A stretch of 64,000 bases of DNA from Opitutales bacterium (GTDB taxonomy: Bacteria; Verrucomicrobiota; Verrucomicrobiia; Opitutales; UBA2987): the NCBI GenBank assembly GCA_965226885.1, contig CBDDEL010000016.1, positions 352,001 through 416,000 on the forward strand. Direction: 5' to 3'. The first letter of the stretch is position 1; each line of letters opens with the position of its first letter. Below, in pieces: positions 32,301 to 44,413 of the stretch. The notes below the pieces were generated by a model. The model saw only the letters and a program-made list of their open reading frames with translations, was not told the origin of the DNA and searched no databases. The position numbers were made by a program, and so were the translations under genes.

Positions 32301-33633
32301 TGAAGTGGACGGGGTTGTTTGGACAATTTTGACGTGGGATTAAGGTGGAAATCGTGTTCATATTATTTTTTAAAAATATATTTTGTCCTTAGCCAAAGAC
32401 GGGCACGCAGGTGCCCGCAAGCTGTATTGGCGGGGAGGTTGGTTTTGCTCCGATTGCATGGACTTCGGCCGGGGTCCGGTAGCCCAGGGCTTGGTGGGGG
32501 CGCAGGTGGTTGTAGAAGTCCAGGTAGCGGGCTATCCCTTCGCTGGCTTCCTTTGCCGTGGCGTATTCGCGCAGGTAAATGTCTTCATACTTGAGGGTTC
32601 TCCAAAAGCGTTCAACAAATATGTTGTCCAGGTAGCGGCCACGCCCGTCCATGCTGATGCGCACCCCGGCTTGCCCCAGCACCGAGGTGAACTCGCTGCC
32701 GGTAAACTGGCTGCCTTGATCGGTGTTGAAGATTTGAGGTTGGGCCCGCCTCAGAGCTTCCTCCAGGGCGAGCACACAGAAGCGGCTCTCCAGGGTGTTG
32801 GAAAGCTGCCAGCTCAACACGTAGCGGCTGAACCAGTCCAACACCACGGTCAAGAAAAGGAATCCTCGGCTCAGCCGCAGGTAAGTGATGTCGCTGCACC
32901 ATACCTGGTCGGGCCGCTCGACCGCCAAACCCCGCAGCAGATAAGGGAAAATGCGGTGCTGCCGGTGCCCCTGGCTCAAGTTTCGACGCGGATAAATAGC
33001 CTCCAGGCCCATTTGGCGCATGAGCCGCTGGATGCGGCCTCGTCCCACTGCATGGCCCTCTCGACGCAGCCACTGGGTCATCCGGCGAGAACCAAAAAAC
33101 GGATATTGGGTGTAGAGCTCATCCATGCGATGCATGTAGAGAACGTTCTGCTCGCACTGGGCACGGGCCCGATAGTAATAGCTGCCGCGGGCCAGCCCCA
33201 GCAACTGACATTGCCTGCCGATACTGATTTTTCCTTGAAGTGGTTGCACCATCTTGCGCTTCTCACCAACCGAATTGTTCAGACTTTTTTTTTAGCCAAT
33301 CGCATTCTACTTTCAGCTTTCCAATCTCCTGGTAAAGGTGATCTTTTTCCGTCTCGTTGTCCTTGCTGAGAGTCTGCCGCTGGCGCGAAAACAGCTCCGT
33401 TGCTCCCTGCAAAAGCTGCTTCTTCCATTGGGTCACCTGGTTGGGATGCACCTCAAAACGACCGGCGATCTCGTTGATGGTATGAGCGCCCCTGATGGCT
33501 TCCAGGGCCACTCGGGCTTTAAACTCAGCACTGTATTGTCTTCTCTTTCGTGATTTAATAACATTCATAGGTTAGCGGATTTAGTGGTTCAAGACCACCT
33601 TATTCCACTGTCCAGTTTTCCCCGTCCATTTCA
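32301..33633 (-). mobile_element. IS3-family element B (orfA 33263-33568, orfB 32389-33252)
   Basis: Ends TGAAGTGGACGGGG/CCCCGTCCATTTCA; WCSDITY, NTDQGSQF and DNIFVERFW motifs; no TSD, with 9 bp of host IS3-A missing. Confidence 0.93.
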
Positions 33634-34557
33634 ATAGATCGTCTTCGCAAAGAGCTGCGCCGCTCGGAGCGGATCAACCAGATACTAAAAAAAACGGTGG
33701 GCTACTTTGCCAAGGACGAACAATGAAGTACCAGTTTGTCAAAGACAACGAGGGGCGCTTCAAGATCGAGGAAATATGCTCGGCGATGGGGATTTGTCGC
33801 AGTGGCTATTACTGCTGGAGGCACCGAGCGCCCTCGGCCCGGCGGATCGAGGACGAGGGAATCAAGGGGGCGATCCTGAAGGTACACAAAGAGGCCAAGG
33901 GCCGCTATGGGCATCGGCCAATGCACCGCCATCTGAAGGATGATGAGGGCATCGATTGCGGCCGTGACCGGGCTCTGCGTCTGATGCGTGAAATGGGAAT
34001 CAAAAGCACCCAGAGTAAACGCTTTAAGCCATTAAAAACCAACAGTAACCATCCCTATGGTTACAGCCCCAATGTGCTTAAAAAGCATGGCCAGCCGACC
34101 CATATCGACGAGGTCTGGGTGGCGGACACGACCTACCTACGGACCCTGGCCGGTTGGATGTACTTGGCCACGGTGATGGACCTGTTCAGCCGACGCCTGC
34201 TGGGCTGGAGCGTTTCCAACCACAACGACGCGAAGCTGGTTGGCAAGGCCCTCAAAGCCGCGGCCATGACCCGCGGCACACTGCGCACCGGGATTATTCA
34301 TCACAGCGATCGGGGCAGCCCCTACGCCAGCGACGACTATCAGAGGCTGGTCTCTGAACTAGACATGAAGCCGAGCATGAGCGCCCAAGGCAACTGCTAC
34401 GACAACGCGGCCATGGAATCGTTCTACGGCCGCTTCAAGACCAGCACGATTCGAGGCCGCCACTTTGCCGACGAGCGCGAACTGCGATCAACTGTCTTCG
34501 AATACGTGGAAATCTTCTACAACCGATATCGCAAACATTCCTCTCTGAGTTACCAAA

Positions 34558-35882
34558 TGATGTGCACTGGAAAAAGTGGACACGAGATTCTCCTAAATGG
34601 AGAATCGAAGCATGGGAAGAAGACGCAGTATAGAGTTCAAAAATGAGGCAGTTCAACTGATGATACTCGATGGTCTGAGCGCCACCGAGGTATCGACCAA
34701 ACTTGGGGTCAACACCAACCAATTGTATAGGTGGAAGAGGCTCTATCTGGACGATCAGCAGGGCGAAGCCACCTCAAAGCGACAGAGCAGTCCGAAGGAG
34801 ATGGCGGCCGAGATAGATCGTCTTCGCAAAGAGCTGCGCCGCTCGGAGCGGATCAACCAGATACTAAAAAAAACGGTGGGCTACTTTGCCAAGGACGAAC
34901 AATGAAGTACCAGTTTGTCAAAGACAACGAGGGGCGCTTCAAGATCGAGGAAATATGCTCGGCGATGGGGATTTGTCGCAGTGGCTATTACTGCTGGAGG
35001 CACCGAGCGCCCTCGGCCCGGCGGATCGAGGACGAGGGAATCAAGGGGGCGATCCTGAAGGTACACAAAGAGGCCAAGGGCCGCTATGGGCATCGGCCAA
35101 TGCACCGCCATCTGAAGGATGATGAGGGCATCGATTGCGGCCGTGACCGGGCTCTGCGTCTGATGCGTGAAATGGGAATCAAAAGCACCCAGAGTAAACG
35201 CTTTAAGCCATTAAAAACCAACAGTAACCATCCCTATGGTTACAGCCCCAATGTGCTTAAAAAGCATGGCCAGCCGACCCATATCGACGAGGTCTGGGTG
35301 GCGGACACGACCTACCTACGGACCCTGGCCGGTTGGATGTACTTGGCCACGGTGATGGACCTGTTCAGCCGACGCCTGCTGGGCTGGAGCGTTTCCAACC
35401 ACAACGACGCGAAGCTGGTTGGCAAGGCCCTCAAAGCCGCGGCCATGACCCGCGGCACACTGCGCACCGGGATTATTCATCACAGCGATCGGGGCAGCCC
35501 CTACGCCAGCGACGACTATCAGAGGCTGGTCTCTGAACTAGGCATGAAGCCGAGCATGAGCGCCCAAGGCAACTGCTACGACAACGCGGCCATGGAATCG
35601 TTCTACGGCCGCTTCAAGACCAGCACGATTCGAGGCCGCCACTTTGCCGACGAGCGCGAACTGCGATCAACTGTCTTCGAATACGTGGAAATCTTCTACA
35701 ACCGATATCGCAAACATTCCTCTCTGAGTTACCAAAGCCCAGTCCAATTCGAGGAAAATATTTGCCCCCCATGGGGGGCAACGAGAAAACAAAACCCTTT
35801 ACCAAAACAAGCCGCCTGACACACTAATCAATAAACAATGAATATAAGAGAATCCCGTGTCCAACAAATCCAGTACACGTCA
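34558..35882 (+). mobile_element. IS3-family element A inserted into a copy of itself
   Basis: TSD CAAA; orfA 34597-34905, orfB ending 35819. Confidence 0.94.
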
Positions 35883-36436
35883 CAAAGCCCAGTCCAATTC
35901 GAGGAAAATATTTGCCCCCCATGGGGGGCAACGAGAAAACAAAACCCTTTACCAAAACAAGCCGCCTGACACACTAATCAATAAACAATGAATATAAGAG
36001 AATCCCGTGTCCAACAAATCCAGTACACGTCAACCATGAAAAAGGCAGCTGCTGCCAGGTGGCGAAACTGGGTAATGAAGGTAGCAGGTTTTTTTGCCCT
36101 TTGATATGATTTGACCACAAGTTTACTCGATCCTTCCCCTAAAAACCTTCATCAACGCTAAAGTAGGCGGCTTTCCCTTTTCAGCTCTAATATCTCATTT
36201 TCAATACAATTTATCAATCTTTTCCAGGCTATCTGGATTTGATATCGGCGGTCTTCCACATTTTTCATTATAGATGAGACTGCAATTGGTCATGGACAGC
36301 ACGGAAATCTTTAAAATCGTGTTCAATCAGGATAATGCCGGCAATTCGAATATCGTTGTTGGATTAAGGATAGTAATGCAAAAATGGATGCGCGCTTAAG
36401 AACTTCCCCATAACGGAATTAATTTACAGAAATAAA

Positions 36437-37462
36437 ATGAGGAAATATTTTCCCAGATTATTATTAATATTCACTATGGCCTCATGTATAATACCTGAAG
36501 ATTCATCAGCTCAAAATGAACCCATGCTGCAAGCTCGCATAAAATTAATAAAGGAGCTGAACCCGGAGCAACTCGCCTTGGCCGTGCATCCATTAACCAC
36601 GGACGAACGCTATAATTGGCATTTCATTCCACGTTCTCGAAAAGGTCTTTCATTGAAAAGGATGGAGGACAATCAAAAGGATTTTGCCCACCAATTCCTC
36701 AAAAGCGGTTTGAGCATCCGGGGATATGAAAAAGCAGCGGGAATTGTGGAGCTGGAAGGCATTCTTAATGAAGTTGAACTATGGGGGTTTTTGCGGCGGG
36801 ACCCGGATGAGTATTATTTTACCCTATTCGGTTCACCGGAAGAAAATTCCACCTGGGGATGGAGATTCGAGGGGCATCACATTTCCCTCAATTTCACCAT
36901 CGTCAATGGTCGGCCCGCTTCGCAGACGCCTGCTTTTTGGGGGGCCAACCCGGCCCTCGTCCCCAAAGGACCCAAAAAGGGTTGGAGAGTGCTTGCCGAA
37001 GAGGAAAATACGGCTCGTAAACTAGTTCAATTGCTGAATAGAACACAAAGGAAACAGGCCGTTATCTCTGATCGGGCGCCAAGGGATATCATAACCGGAA
37101 CCGGCCGCAAGGCCATTGTTGAAAATCCGGAGGGCATCCGCCACTCGGCCCTGACGGAAGAACAGCAAAATATTCTCTGGTCTCTGGTCCTGGTTTATAC
37201 GGACAATTTTCGAAACGACCTGGCCGAAAATCAAAGGAAAAAAATCCTGAATTCCGGCCTCCAAAATCTTCATTTTGCCTGGGCTGGCGGACTGCATCCC
37301 GGGCAAGGCCATTATTATCGTATCCAGGGCCCAACCGTCTTAATCGAATACGATAACACGCAAAACGGCGCCAACCATATCCACACCGTATTTCGGGATT
37401 TACAAAACGAGTTCGGCGAGGATCTGCTGAACCAACATTATCAAGAGCACAATCACGACTGA
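36437..37462 (+). CDS. DUF3500 family secreted protein
   Basis: WGWRFEGHHISLN, YYRIQGP, IEYDNTQ and NHIHTV motifs; signal peptide. Confidence 0.88.
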   Translation: MRKYFPRLLLIFTMASCIIPEDSSAQNEPMLQARIKLIKELNPEQLALAVHPLTTDERYNWHFIPRSRKGLSLKRMEDNQKDFAHQFLKSGLSIRGYEKAAGIVELEGILNEVELWGFLRRDPDEYYFTLFGSPEENSTWGWRFEGHHISLNFTIVNGRPASQTPAFWGANPALVPKGPKKGWRVLAEEENTARKLVQLLNRTQRKQAVISDRAPRDIITGTGRKAIVENPEGIRHSALTEEQQNILWSLVLVYTDNFRNDLAENQRKKILNSGLQNLHFAWAGGLHPGQGHYYRIQGPTVLIEYDNTQNGANHIHTVFRDLQNEFGEDLLNQHYQEHNHD

Positions 37463-37469
37463 TGAAAAA

Positions 37470-38021
37470 TCAGGGTAATTTATTCCAGTCGCTCCTGACA
37501 ATTCCGTAGGCTTCCAGGTCTTCAAACCTATCCCCCTTGAGAACGTGCTCTTTAAAACTCCCCTCCTCAACCATTCCCAACTTTTTCAAAACTCTGCCCG
37601 AGACCGGATTCCGGCTGATATGGTGAGCAATAATTTTATGCAATTTCAACTCTTGGAATCCGAATTTTACAACCGATCGCCCGGCCTCCGTGCAGTATCC
37701 TGAATTCCAGTATTCTTTCCCTATCCAATACCCTAATTCCCCTCTTTTAAATCGCGAGTTGATGATCAAACCGAAGGCTCCAATTAAATCACCATCCGGT
37801 TTCAAGCAAATGGCGAAAGTAACCGCTTTACCAATTTCATATTCTTGTTGAATGGTACTTATCCACTCTTCCGCCATGCCCTCCTCATAGGGATGCGAAA
37901 TGTTCAAAGTAGTGTCGGCAATGGCAAAATCGCCGGCCAGCAGTTTAACCGTTGGAGCATCCGACAAATCAAACGGCCGCAACGAGAGCCGGTCGGTCTC
38001 AAGAATTGGTTGATGAGTCAT
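37470..38021 (-). CDS. GNAT acetyltransferase, RimJ/RimL family
   Basis: LETDRLSLRPF, ELGYWIG..YWNSGY and NPVSGRVLKKLG motifs. Confidence 0.9.
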   Translation of the reverse strand: MTHQPILETDRLSLRPFDLSDAPTVKLLAGDFAIADTTLNISHPYEEGMAEEWISTIQQEYEIGKAVTFAICLKPDGDLIGAFGLIINSRFKRGELGYWIGKEYWNSGYCTEAGRSVVKFGFQELKLHKIIAHHISRNPVSGRVLKKLGMVEEGSFKEHVLKGDRFEDLEAYGIVRSDWNKLP

Positions 38022-39144
38022 TGCTGAGAATTTTTCGGTAATAGTCGAGGTAGTGGTTGACTATTCTTTCCGAATTGAAAAGTTCCCCGGCCCGTTTTTG
38101 ACCTGCCGCACCCAATTCACGCAACCTGGCCGGGTTGTCGATCAGATAATCGAGCCCCTCGACAAAAGATGCCGTATCTCCCACCGGATAGGCAAATCCC
38201 GTCTCCCCATCCACAACCACCTCCAGAATCCCCCCAGCATTGGTGGTTAGGACGGGATGGCCGTAAAACATGCACTCCAGAATACTGAGCCCGAAACTCT
38301 CGTGTTCCGATGTGTAGAGACCGAGATCGGCGGCATTGAGGTAATTCTCTATATCCAACACGTATTCCTTAACCTCAACCTGATGCTCGATCCCCAAACG
38401 ACGAACGAGCGGAACATAGGGGGCAAAATTTCCGCCCGCCAAAATGAGCAGCTTCAATTTTTCCCGATGTTTTGCCCCGGCTATTATTTGCAGCAGATGA
38501 TCTATCCGTTTGGCCGGGCGCAGGTTCGACAAATGAAGAACCAGAAATTCATCCTCCAGTCCCAATTCATCCCGGACTTGCCGGCGGGTCTTGGCCGGTT
38601 CCCGGGGCTCGAAAAAATTGTGGATGACCTCGATCTCCTTCTCGATGCCGAAAGTAGATTTGGTTTGCTCGCGCAGGCTTTGGGAAACGGCCGTTACCCC
38701 GTCGGAGCGCTCGATGGCGTGTTTGATGATCGGTTGATAGTTGGGGTCTTTTCCCAGAAGAGTGGTGTCCGTGCCGTGCAGCGTGGTGATCACGCGAGGG
38801 CTTTCTGTTCCAAGCATTTGACGCGCCAAAATGGCTGCCACGGCATGCGGCACGGCATAGTGAACATGTAAAATGTCGAGCCCGAACTGGCGGCTTATTT
38901 CCGCCATTTTGACGGACAGCGGCAAGGTGTAATCGGGATGCTTGAAAAGCTCGTATTCGTTTACATTAACATGGTGGAAATAGACATTGGCGGGCGAAGC
39001 ATCGAGCCGGAAAGGCATTTCATAACTGATAAAATGAACCTCGTGTCCGCGTTTCGCCAGTTGGCTCCCCAGCTCGGTGGCTAAAATGCCGCTTCCCCCC
39101 ACCGAAGGGTAACAGGTGATTCCGATTTTAAGAAAAGCGGCCAT
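37999..39144 (-). CDS. bshA: N-acetyl-alpha-D-glucosaminyl L-malate synthase (GT4)
   Basis: IGITCYPSVGGSG, HVHYAVPHA, TTLHGTD and ESFGL, characteristic of BshA. Confidence 0.9.
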   Translation of the reverse strand: MAAFLKIGITCYPSVGGSGILATELGSQLAKRGHEVHFISYEMPFRLDASPANVYFHHVNVNEYELFKHPDYTLPLSVKMAEISRQFGLDILHVHYAVPHAVAAILARQMLGTESPRVITTLHGTDTTLLGKDPNYQPIIKHAIERSDGVTAVSQSLREQTKSTFGIEKEIEVIHNFFEPREPAKTRRQVRDELGLEDEFLVLHLSNLRPAKRIDHLLQIIAGAKHREKLKLLILAGGNFAPYVPLVRRLGIEHQVEVKEYVLDIENYLNAADLGLYTSEHESFGLSILECMFYGHPVLTTNAGGILEVVVDGETGFAYPVGDTASFVEGLDYLIDNPARLRELGAAGQKRAGELFNSERIVNHYLDYYRKILSNDSSTNS

Positions 39145-39170
39145 TCCATTCAGTTCATTAGCCTAAAAGT

Positions 39171-39881
39171 CTAAAAAATTCTCGCCGAAAGAGACAATTC
39201 CGACAAAGCAGCCACTCGGACAGGATCCTCAGAGAACAGCCGCATCGCGTATTCCGTGCCCATTTCGATTCCGAGCAGGCGCGCCCTGGTATTTTGAAGT
39301 TCGAGATAATTGAGGGTCTTCAGTTGCGATTGGTGGCATTTCATCAACTCATTCCAACGCTCATGTTCTTCCGAAATATCGACCACCAAAGATGCAGCCA
39401 TGTTTTCACCCGGCTGGTTGCCCAAACCGGTGATTGCGTAATAATAAAGATGGCCGATGCGGTGAACGGGTTCTTCCCGCAACTCCGGCAGGCCGCCGTA
39501 TCGTGCCAGCCGGGCCGCTTCACGGCTCAGCCGGCCCGCCTTCCAATGGTCTGGGTGCTGGGTTTTATGGTCCAGCGGAGCGAGCACAATCGAGGGATTT
39601 TGCTGCCGGATATGATAAGCGATGCCGTTGGCCGGTTTGCATTCGAGGTGGGCATCACCGCCCAAATCGATAAATTCAAGATCGGCCCCCATCAGCCGGG
39701 CCGCCTTTTGCGACTCCTCCACACGCTCTTCGGGCGTCCCGTTGCTCCCGGCCTCTCCCTTGCTCAAAACCAGCATGAAAACTCGATTCCCCTGGTCGAT
39801 TTCCTTGAGCAGCAGCGCCCCGCACCCGAATTCGATGTCATCGGGATGAGCTCCTACGGCCAATATGGTTTCTTGAGGCAT
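39171..39881 (-). CDS. bshB1: PIG-L family deacetylase, BshB1-like
   Basis: GAHPDDIE, HPDH and HQSQ motifs; directly upstream of bshA. Confidence 0.8.
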   Translation of the reverse strand: MPQETILAVGAHPDDIEFGCGALLLKEIDQGNRVFMLVLSKGEAGSNGTPEERVEESQKAARLMGADLEFIDLGGDAHLECKPANGIAYHIRQQNPSIVLAPLDHKTQHPDHWKAGRLSREAARLARYGGLPELREEPVHRIGHLYYYAITGLGNQPGENMAASLVVDISEEHERWNELMKCHQSQLKTLNYLELQNTRARLLGIEMGTEYAMRLFSEDPVRVAALSELSLSARIF

Positions 39882-39963
39882 TGTTTCCTAACCAAAGATG
39901 ACACAGATAATCGAATAAGGTTCTCGATGAATTGCTTCCGATAAACTGCCTCAATCCCGGGGT

Positions 39964-40401
39964 TTAGTCTTTCTCTACGCTGAAACGGCCCGGCCCCATG
40001 AACATTATGCTCAAAAAAACAAATGCCAGGGAAAGCGGGTTGGATATGTAGAAATTAAAATTTTCGATGCCGCTTAATCCTTTTACCGGCTCGACAATGT
40101 GGTGGCATACGGCCACACTCATGGTGCAGATCAGAAAAAAACACGCCGGGCGAACCAGAAAACCGACAATCAGAAGTAGCCCTCCCACGACCTCCGAAAA
40201 AGCCGCCATGAATCCCCAAAAAACGGGCCAGAAAGTGATCCCGAACATGGCCATACTGGAACCGAGCCACTCCCATTGCTCACTGCCGGAAAGAATCTTG
40301 GGCACCCCGTGGAACATCATCAATACCCCCACTGAAACCCGTAAAATGAGCAGCCCCAAGTCCCTGGCCATGAAAAATTTTTTAATGGAATATAAGTTCA
40401 T
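39964..40401 (-). CDS. DoxX family membrane protein
   Basis: GLLILR..HG..K, E..GG and GPGRFS motifs. Confidence 0.88.
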   Translation of the reverse strand: MNLYSIKKFFMARDLGLLILRVSVGVLMMFHGVPKILSGSEQWEWLGSSMAMFGITFWPVFWGFMAAFSEVVGGLLLIVGFLVRPACFFLICTMSVAVCHHIVEPVKGLSGIENFNFYISNPLSLAFVFLSIMFMGPGRFSVEKD

Positions 40402-40516
40402 CCGCGAAAAGAATAACTAAAATAAAAACATCCGATCCAATATCAAGGTTGAATGGTCTCCTCACAAGGATTTGCCAAGACGGAATTTCCTGTCATTTTG
40501 AGAAAAATTTTGCATA

Positions 40517-40825
40517 TTGAAAACTTCGAGGGGAAAAGGACATTTCATCTGCCCGAATTGTGGCGCAGAAGTCCGCGTGGGGGCGTCGTCCTGCCCGGAA
40601 TGCGGCTCCGATGAGAAAACCGGATGGAGTGAGGAAGCCGAAAGCGGCTTTAACGAATATCCGGCGGGCTACGGTGAGGATGCTGATTTTAACTACAAAG
40701 AGTTTCTGCGCCAGGAATTTGGGCAGGAACTGGATGCCACCCCAATCATTCTGACCAAAAAAAATCTTGTTGCCGCAATCTCCATCCTGTTGGCAATGGC
40801 ACTTATCTGGCTCTGGATTTTTTGA
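40517..40825 (+). CDS. Zinc-ribbon protein with C-terminal TM helix
   Basis: CPNCG..CPECG; hydrophobic C-terminus; TTG start uncertain. Confidence 0.7.
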   Translation: MKTSRGKGHFICPNCGAEVRVGASSCPECGSDEKTGWSEEAESGFNEYPAGYGEDADFNYKEFLRQEFGQELDATPIILTKKNLVAAISILLAMALIWLWIF

Positions 40826-40964
40826 CCGAATAACCGGTTTATGACCGCAAGAGACCAAGGCCGAATCGCGTAACCATTTGACCTGTTACTTTTTTTGTGA
40901 CTGTTTAATTAACCGAGGGAATGAAATACCCGCTGAATGATTCTAAACTCTGGAATTCCACATT

Positions 40965-42581
40965 ATGCTGATTCTAATAATTCTCGCCAGTTGCCTGATA
41001 TGCCTGGCGGCTTATAAATTTTACGGTGATTTTCTGGTTCGACGCTGCGGCCTGGACAATTCCATTGAAACGCCGGCCTGCTCGATAAACGACGGCGTCG
41101 ATTTTGTGCCCACCCGCACATCGGTCCTGTTCGGGCACCATTTTTCCTCCATAGCCGGGGCCGGTCCCATCGTTGGGCCCATTTTGGCCGGCATGTATTT
41201 CGGCTGGGGGCCCACCTGGATCTGGATACTCATCGGGGCCATCTTCGTCGGCGGCATCCACGATTTTGGCAGCACTTTCATGTCCATCCGCAGCCGGGGC
41301 CGCTCCATTGTAGATACCACCCGTAATCTGGTGGGAGAAGGCACCGGCAAACTCTTCGCCATCTTTGTCGTCCTGGCGCTGCTTTATGTCATCATCGTAT
41401 TTCTCGACCTGACGGCGGGAACGTTCGCCACCCAGCCGGAAGTGGCGACCTCCTCCGGTTGGTTCGTAATCATGGCCCTCATATTCGGGTTCGTTCTCTC
41501 CCGAACAAAGATTTCCATGAAAAAAGCGGTCTTCATTTTCGTGCCGCTCACTTTTCTCGGATTATGGGTGGGCCATACTTTCCCGGCCCCGCCAATGGAC
41601 AAAAATTTTTGGACATTATTGATCCTGGCCTACTGCCTGATCGCCGCCGTCCTGCCCGTACAAGTGCTTTTGCAGCCGCGTGATTTCCTCAGTTCCACCT
41701 TTCTCTATGCCATGCTTGCGTTGGGGGGCGTTGGGTTGCTCTTCGCCAATGCCCCCATGGAGTTGGAATTTTTCAAAAGCTGGCGGCACGAAGACGCCGG
41801 CATGCTCGTGCCCATACTCTTTATCACGGTGGCCTGTGGGGCCTGCAGCGGTTTTCACAGCATGGTAGCCAGCGGGACGACCTCCAAACAAATCCGGGTC
41901 GAGACCGATATCAAAAAGATTTCATTTGGCGGAATGCTGGTGGAAGGCATCCTCGCCACATTTTCACTGGCCTGTATTGCCGTTCTCAGTTCCTCCGCCA
42001 TAGAAGGATCCTCGCCCGTAAGCATATTCGCTCAAGGCTCGGCGATCTTTCTGGGCGCTCTGGGCATTCCGCAAAGTCTTTCCATTGAGTTCACCCTGCT
42101 GGCCGTAAGCACCTTTCTTCTCACCACCCTCGATACCTGCACCCGCCTGACCCGCTTTCTGATCGAAGAAATGCTAAACCTGCATAACAATTACAGCAGG
42201 TACCTGGGCACTTTGGGGGTTCTCATAATTCCGGGCTATTTTACCTTTCAGACATTTGATGGTCAACCGGCCTGGAAGGCTATCTGGCCTCTTTTCGGCG
42301 CTACCAACCAATTGCTGGCCGCCCTCGCCCTGGTTACCTTCGTGGTATTCCTCAAGGCCCGCCGCATCCGCTACGGATTCGTCCTCATCCCGGCCATCGT
42401 CATGGTTATCATGCCCCTGACCGCCCTGGTCATGATGGTCAACAAATACGGGCCCCTCTCGATGCTCGGCTCCATTTCCCTCGGCATGCTGCTGCTGGGG
42501 ATCTACGTGGTCGGCATGTCCGCCAAATTTGTCGTCGGCAGCAGTTCCGGGTTGCGGCAAATATCAAGTCCTGAAACCTGA
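40965..42581 (+). CDS. cstA: Carbon starvation protein A family transporter
   Basis: [32 protein letters not shown] and [13 protein letters not shown] motifs. Confidence 0.93.
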   Translation: MLILIILASCLICLAAYKFYGDFLVRRCGLDNSIETPACSINDGVDFVPTRTSVLFGHHFSSIAGAGPIVGPILAGMYFGWGPTWIWILIGAIFVGGIHDFGSTFMSIRSRGRSIVDTTRNLVGEGTGKLFAIFVVLALLYVIIVFLDLTAGTFATQPEVATSSGWFVIMALIFGFVLSRTKISMKKAVFIFVPLTFLGLWVGHTFPAPPMDKNFWTLLILAYCLIAAVLPVQVLLQPRDFLSSTFLYAMLALGGVGLLFANAPMELEFFKSWRHEDAGMLVPILFITVACGACSGFHSMVASGTTSKQIRVETDIKKISFGGMLVEGILATFSLACIAVLSSSAIEGSSPVSIFAQGSAIFLGALGIPQSLSIEFTLLAVSTFLLTTLDTCTRLTRFLIEEMLNLHNNYSRYLGTLGVLIIPGYFTFQTFDGQPAWKAIWPLFGATNQLLAALALVTFVVFLKARRIRYGFVLIPAIVMVIMPLTALVMMVNKYGPLSMLGSISLGMLLLGIYVVGMSAKFVVGSSSGLRQISSPET

Positions 42582-42598
42582 CACCTGCCTCTGGCCTC

Positions 42599-42967
42599 CT
42601 ATTTCCTGCCGCGCTCGATGAAGCGTTTTTCCTTAACCTTGTTGGCTTTTTTGCCAATTCGTTCGCGCATATAATACATGCGGGCTCGCATGACCACGCT
42701 TTCCCGGTCGACCTCAATCATATCGATATTGGGCGAGTGGACGGGGAAGACACGCTCAACGCCCTCGCCATAGGCGATGCGGCGAACGGTAAAGGTCTCA
42801 TGGATGCCAGGGCCTTTGCGCGCAATGACGATGCCGGAAAAAATCTGCACCCTTTCCTTGCCCCCTTCACGCACCTTGGTATGGACGCGCACACCATCCC
42901 CGACTTTAAAATGGTCGCGGTTTTCTTTCAGTTGGTCTTTAGTAATCTCTTGCAGGATCTGGTTCAT
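42599..42967 (-). CDS. rplS: 50S ribosomal protein L19
   Basis: [26 protein letters not shown]. Confidence 0.97.
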   Translation of the reverse strand: MNQILQEITKDQLKENRDHFKVGDGVRVHTKVREGGKERVQIFSGIVIARKGPGIHETFTVRRIAYGEGVERVFPVHSPNIDMIEVDRESVVMRARMYYMRERIGKKANKVKEKRFIERGRK

Positions 42968-43674
42968 TATTCGGATTCCTTTTTATTTATTAAATCGGGT
43001 CGTCGGGCGCGTGTTTTTTTGAGGCTGCGCTCTTTCCTCCACTGTTCAATGGCCGCATGGTTACCGGTCAACAAGATTTCCGGAACACTCATTCCGCGAA
43101 ACTCCGCTGGCCGGGTATATTGCGGAAAGGAGAGCAAGTTGCCGGTGAAGCTGTCCTGGGTCAAGGATTTTTCCTCTCCCAACACACCGGGCACATGGCG
43201 GCACACCGCATCGATCAGAACGGCCCCCCCCAAGGTTCCATTGGTGAGAACAAAATCCCCGATACTCACCTCCCTGTCCACCAAAGCATTCCGCACCCGC
43301 TGATCGATTCCTTCGTAATGGCCGCTGATAATTATCAGGTGCGCATTGTTGGCGGCCAATTCTCGCGATAATGGAAGATTGAGCGGCTCCCCATCCGGAG
43401 TCATGAATATGACCGTGCAATGGGGGGAGCGCAGTTCTTCGATAGCGGCAAAAAGGGGTTCCGGTTTTAGGACCATTCCGGCCCCTCCGCCAAAGGGCCG
43501 GTCATCGGTCGTAAAGTGTTTGTCGCTGGCCCAATCCCGCAGATTATGAACTTTAATCTCCAGAATCCCCCGCTGCCAAGCCCGCCCGATCATACTCTCC
43601 TCCAAAAATCCCGAGACCATGGCCGGAAAAAGTGTTACCAAATCGATTTTCAACGCTGGGGACATGGCAGCCAT
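42967..43674 (-). CDS. trmD: tRNA (guanine-N1)-methyltransferase
   Basis: [25 protein letters not shown] and PQYTRP motifs. Confidence 0.97.
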   Translation of the reverse strand: MAAMSPALKIDLVTLFPAMVSGFLEESMIGRAWQRGILEIKVHNLRDWASDKHFTTDDRPFGGGAGMVLKPEPLFAAIEELRSPHCTVIFMTPDGEPLNLPLSRELAANNAHLIIISGHYEGIDQRVRNALVDREVSIGDFVLTNGTLGGAVLIDAVCRHVPGVLGEEKSLTQDSFTGNLLSFPQYTRPAEFRGMSVPEILLTGNHAAIEQWRKERSLKKTRARRPDLINKKESE

Positions 43675-43741
43675 CGGGTATATGCGCCTACATCAATTCG
43701 ACCCAAACCAAAGCCGGGCCTACTGGATTGCATTAGATAAA

Positions 43742-44413
43742 CTAAGCCGGGTCTTCCGGCTTTTTTTCAGTCACGTCTTCGCTTGAAGACTCCGCAACCG
43801 CTTCACTCTCAACTTCTTCAGCTTGAGCTTCAGCTTCAGTCCCGGAATCGTCTTCCGAAACTTCAGCCGGTTCCGAGGATTCCTCGGCAGCCGTATCCGC
43901 AACTTCCACTTCCTTCTCCTCTACCGCCGGTTCCTCCACGGCAGCTTCCGCCTCAATCTCGACTTCAGCTTCTACCTCGACAGATTCTTCACCAACGGGT
44001 TCAGGAGATGCCGCTTCTTCCGTTTCGGCCACGGCCACAGCCACAGCTTCAACTTCCTCAGTCACCTCCGCAACAGTCGCCTCGACCTCGGCGGCGGGGG
44101 CGGTAATTTCTGCTTCCGGCTCTACTGGGGCCGCCTCGACTTCTTCCACTTCCGGTTCGGCCATTCTTGCAATACGAGCCTGCTTGATGAGCGATCTTGC
44201 CGTGTCCGTGGGTTGCGCCCCCACACTGAGCCAATAATCGATGCGATCCGCCTTCAACGAAAGCCGATCAGCTTCTTTGGAAGCCTGAGGGGTGTAAGTC
44301 CCTAAAATTTCCACAAAACGACCATCCCGCGGTGAACGGGATTCAGCCGCTACCATGCGGTAAACGGGAGCATGTTTAGCCCCGCGACGTTGCAATCTTA
44401 TCTTAACTGCCAT
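43742..44413 (-). CDS. rpsP: 30S ribosomal protein S16 with long acidic C-terminal extension
   Basis: [20 protein letters not shown], then ~140 E/A/V-rich residues. Confidence 0.95.
   Translation of the reverse strand: MAVKIRLQRRGAKHAPVYRMVAAESRSPRDGRFVEILGTYTPQASKEADRLSLKADRIDYWLSVGAQPTDTARSLIKQARIARMAEPEVEEVEAAPVEPEAEITAPAAEVEATVAEVTEEVEAVAVAVAETEEAASPEPVGEESVEVEAEVEIEAEAAVEEPAVEEKEVEVADTAAEESSEPAEVSEDDSGTEAEAQAEEVESEAVAESSSEDVTEKKPEDPA

Larger units (their letters stand above)
30481..36032 (+). mobile_element. IS3-family element A, outer copy carrying three nested insertions
   Basis: Ends TGATGTGCAC/GTACACGTCA; TSD ACCA. Confidence 0.92.
28472..36118 (-). pseudogene. Secreted HAF-repeat protein with two Ig-like repeats and Trp-rich C-terminal domain; signal-peptide region split by a 5.5-kb IS cluster
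   Basis: Repeats of EAFRWT..GLGDL.GG..S.A.GVS.DGSVVVG; removing 30481-36036 gives GTG(36118)..HLAAAAFF|MVAMPSFLLGA in frame. Confidence 0.85.

Noticed and set aside
32383..33369. 328-aa plus-strand ORF (also 57036-58022) and many similar overlapping ORFs such as 29556-30566
   Set aside because: Antisense shadows of transposases or repeat proteins in GC-rich DNA.
35883..36032. 150-bp duplicated IS3 right end as misassembly
   Set aside because: Explained by self-insertion with TSD CAAA and outer TSD ACCA.
39595..39640. Possible small in-frame deletion in bshB1 (NGIAYHIR)
   Set aside because: No second copy or alignment available; the frame and catalytic motifs are intact.
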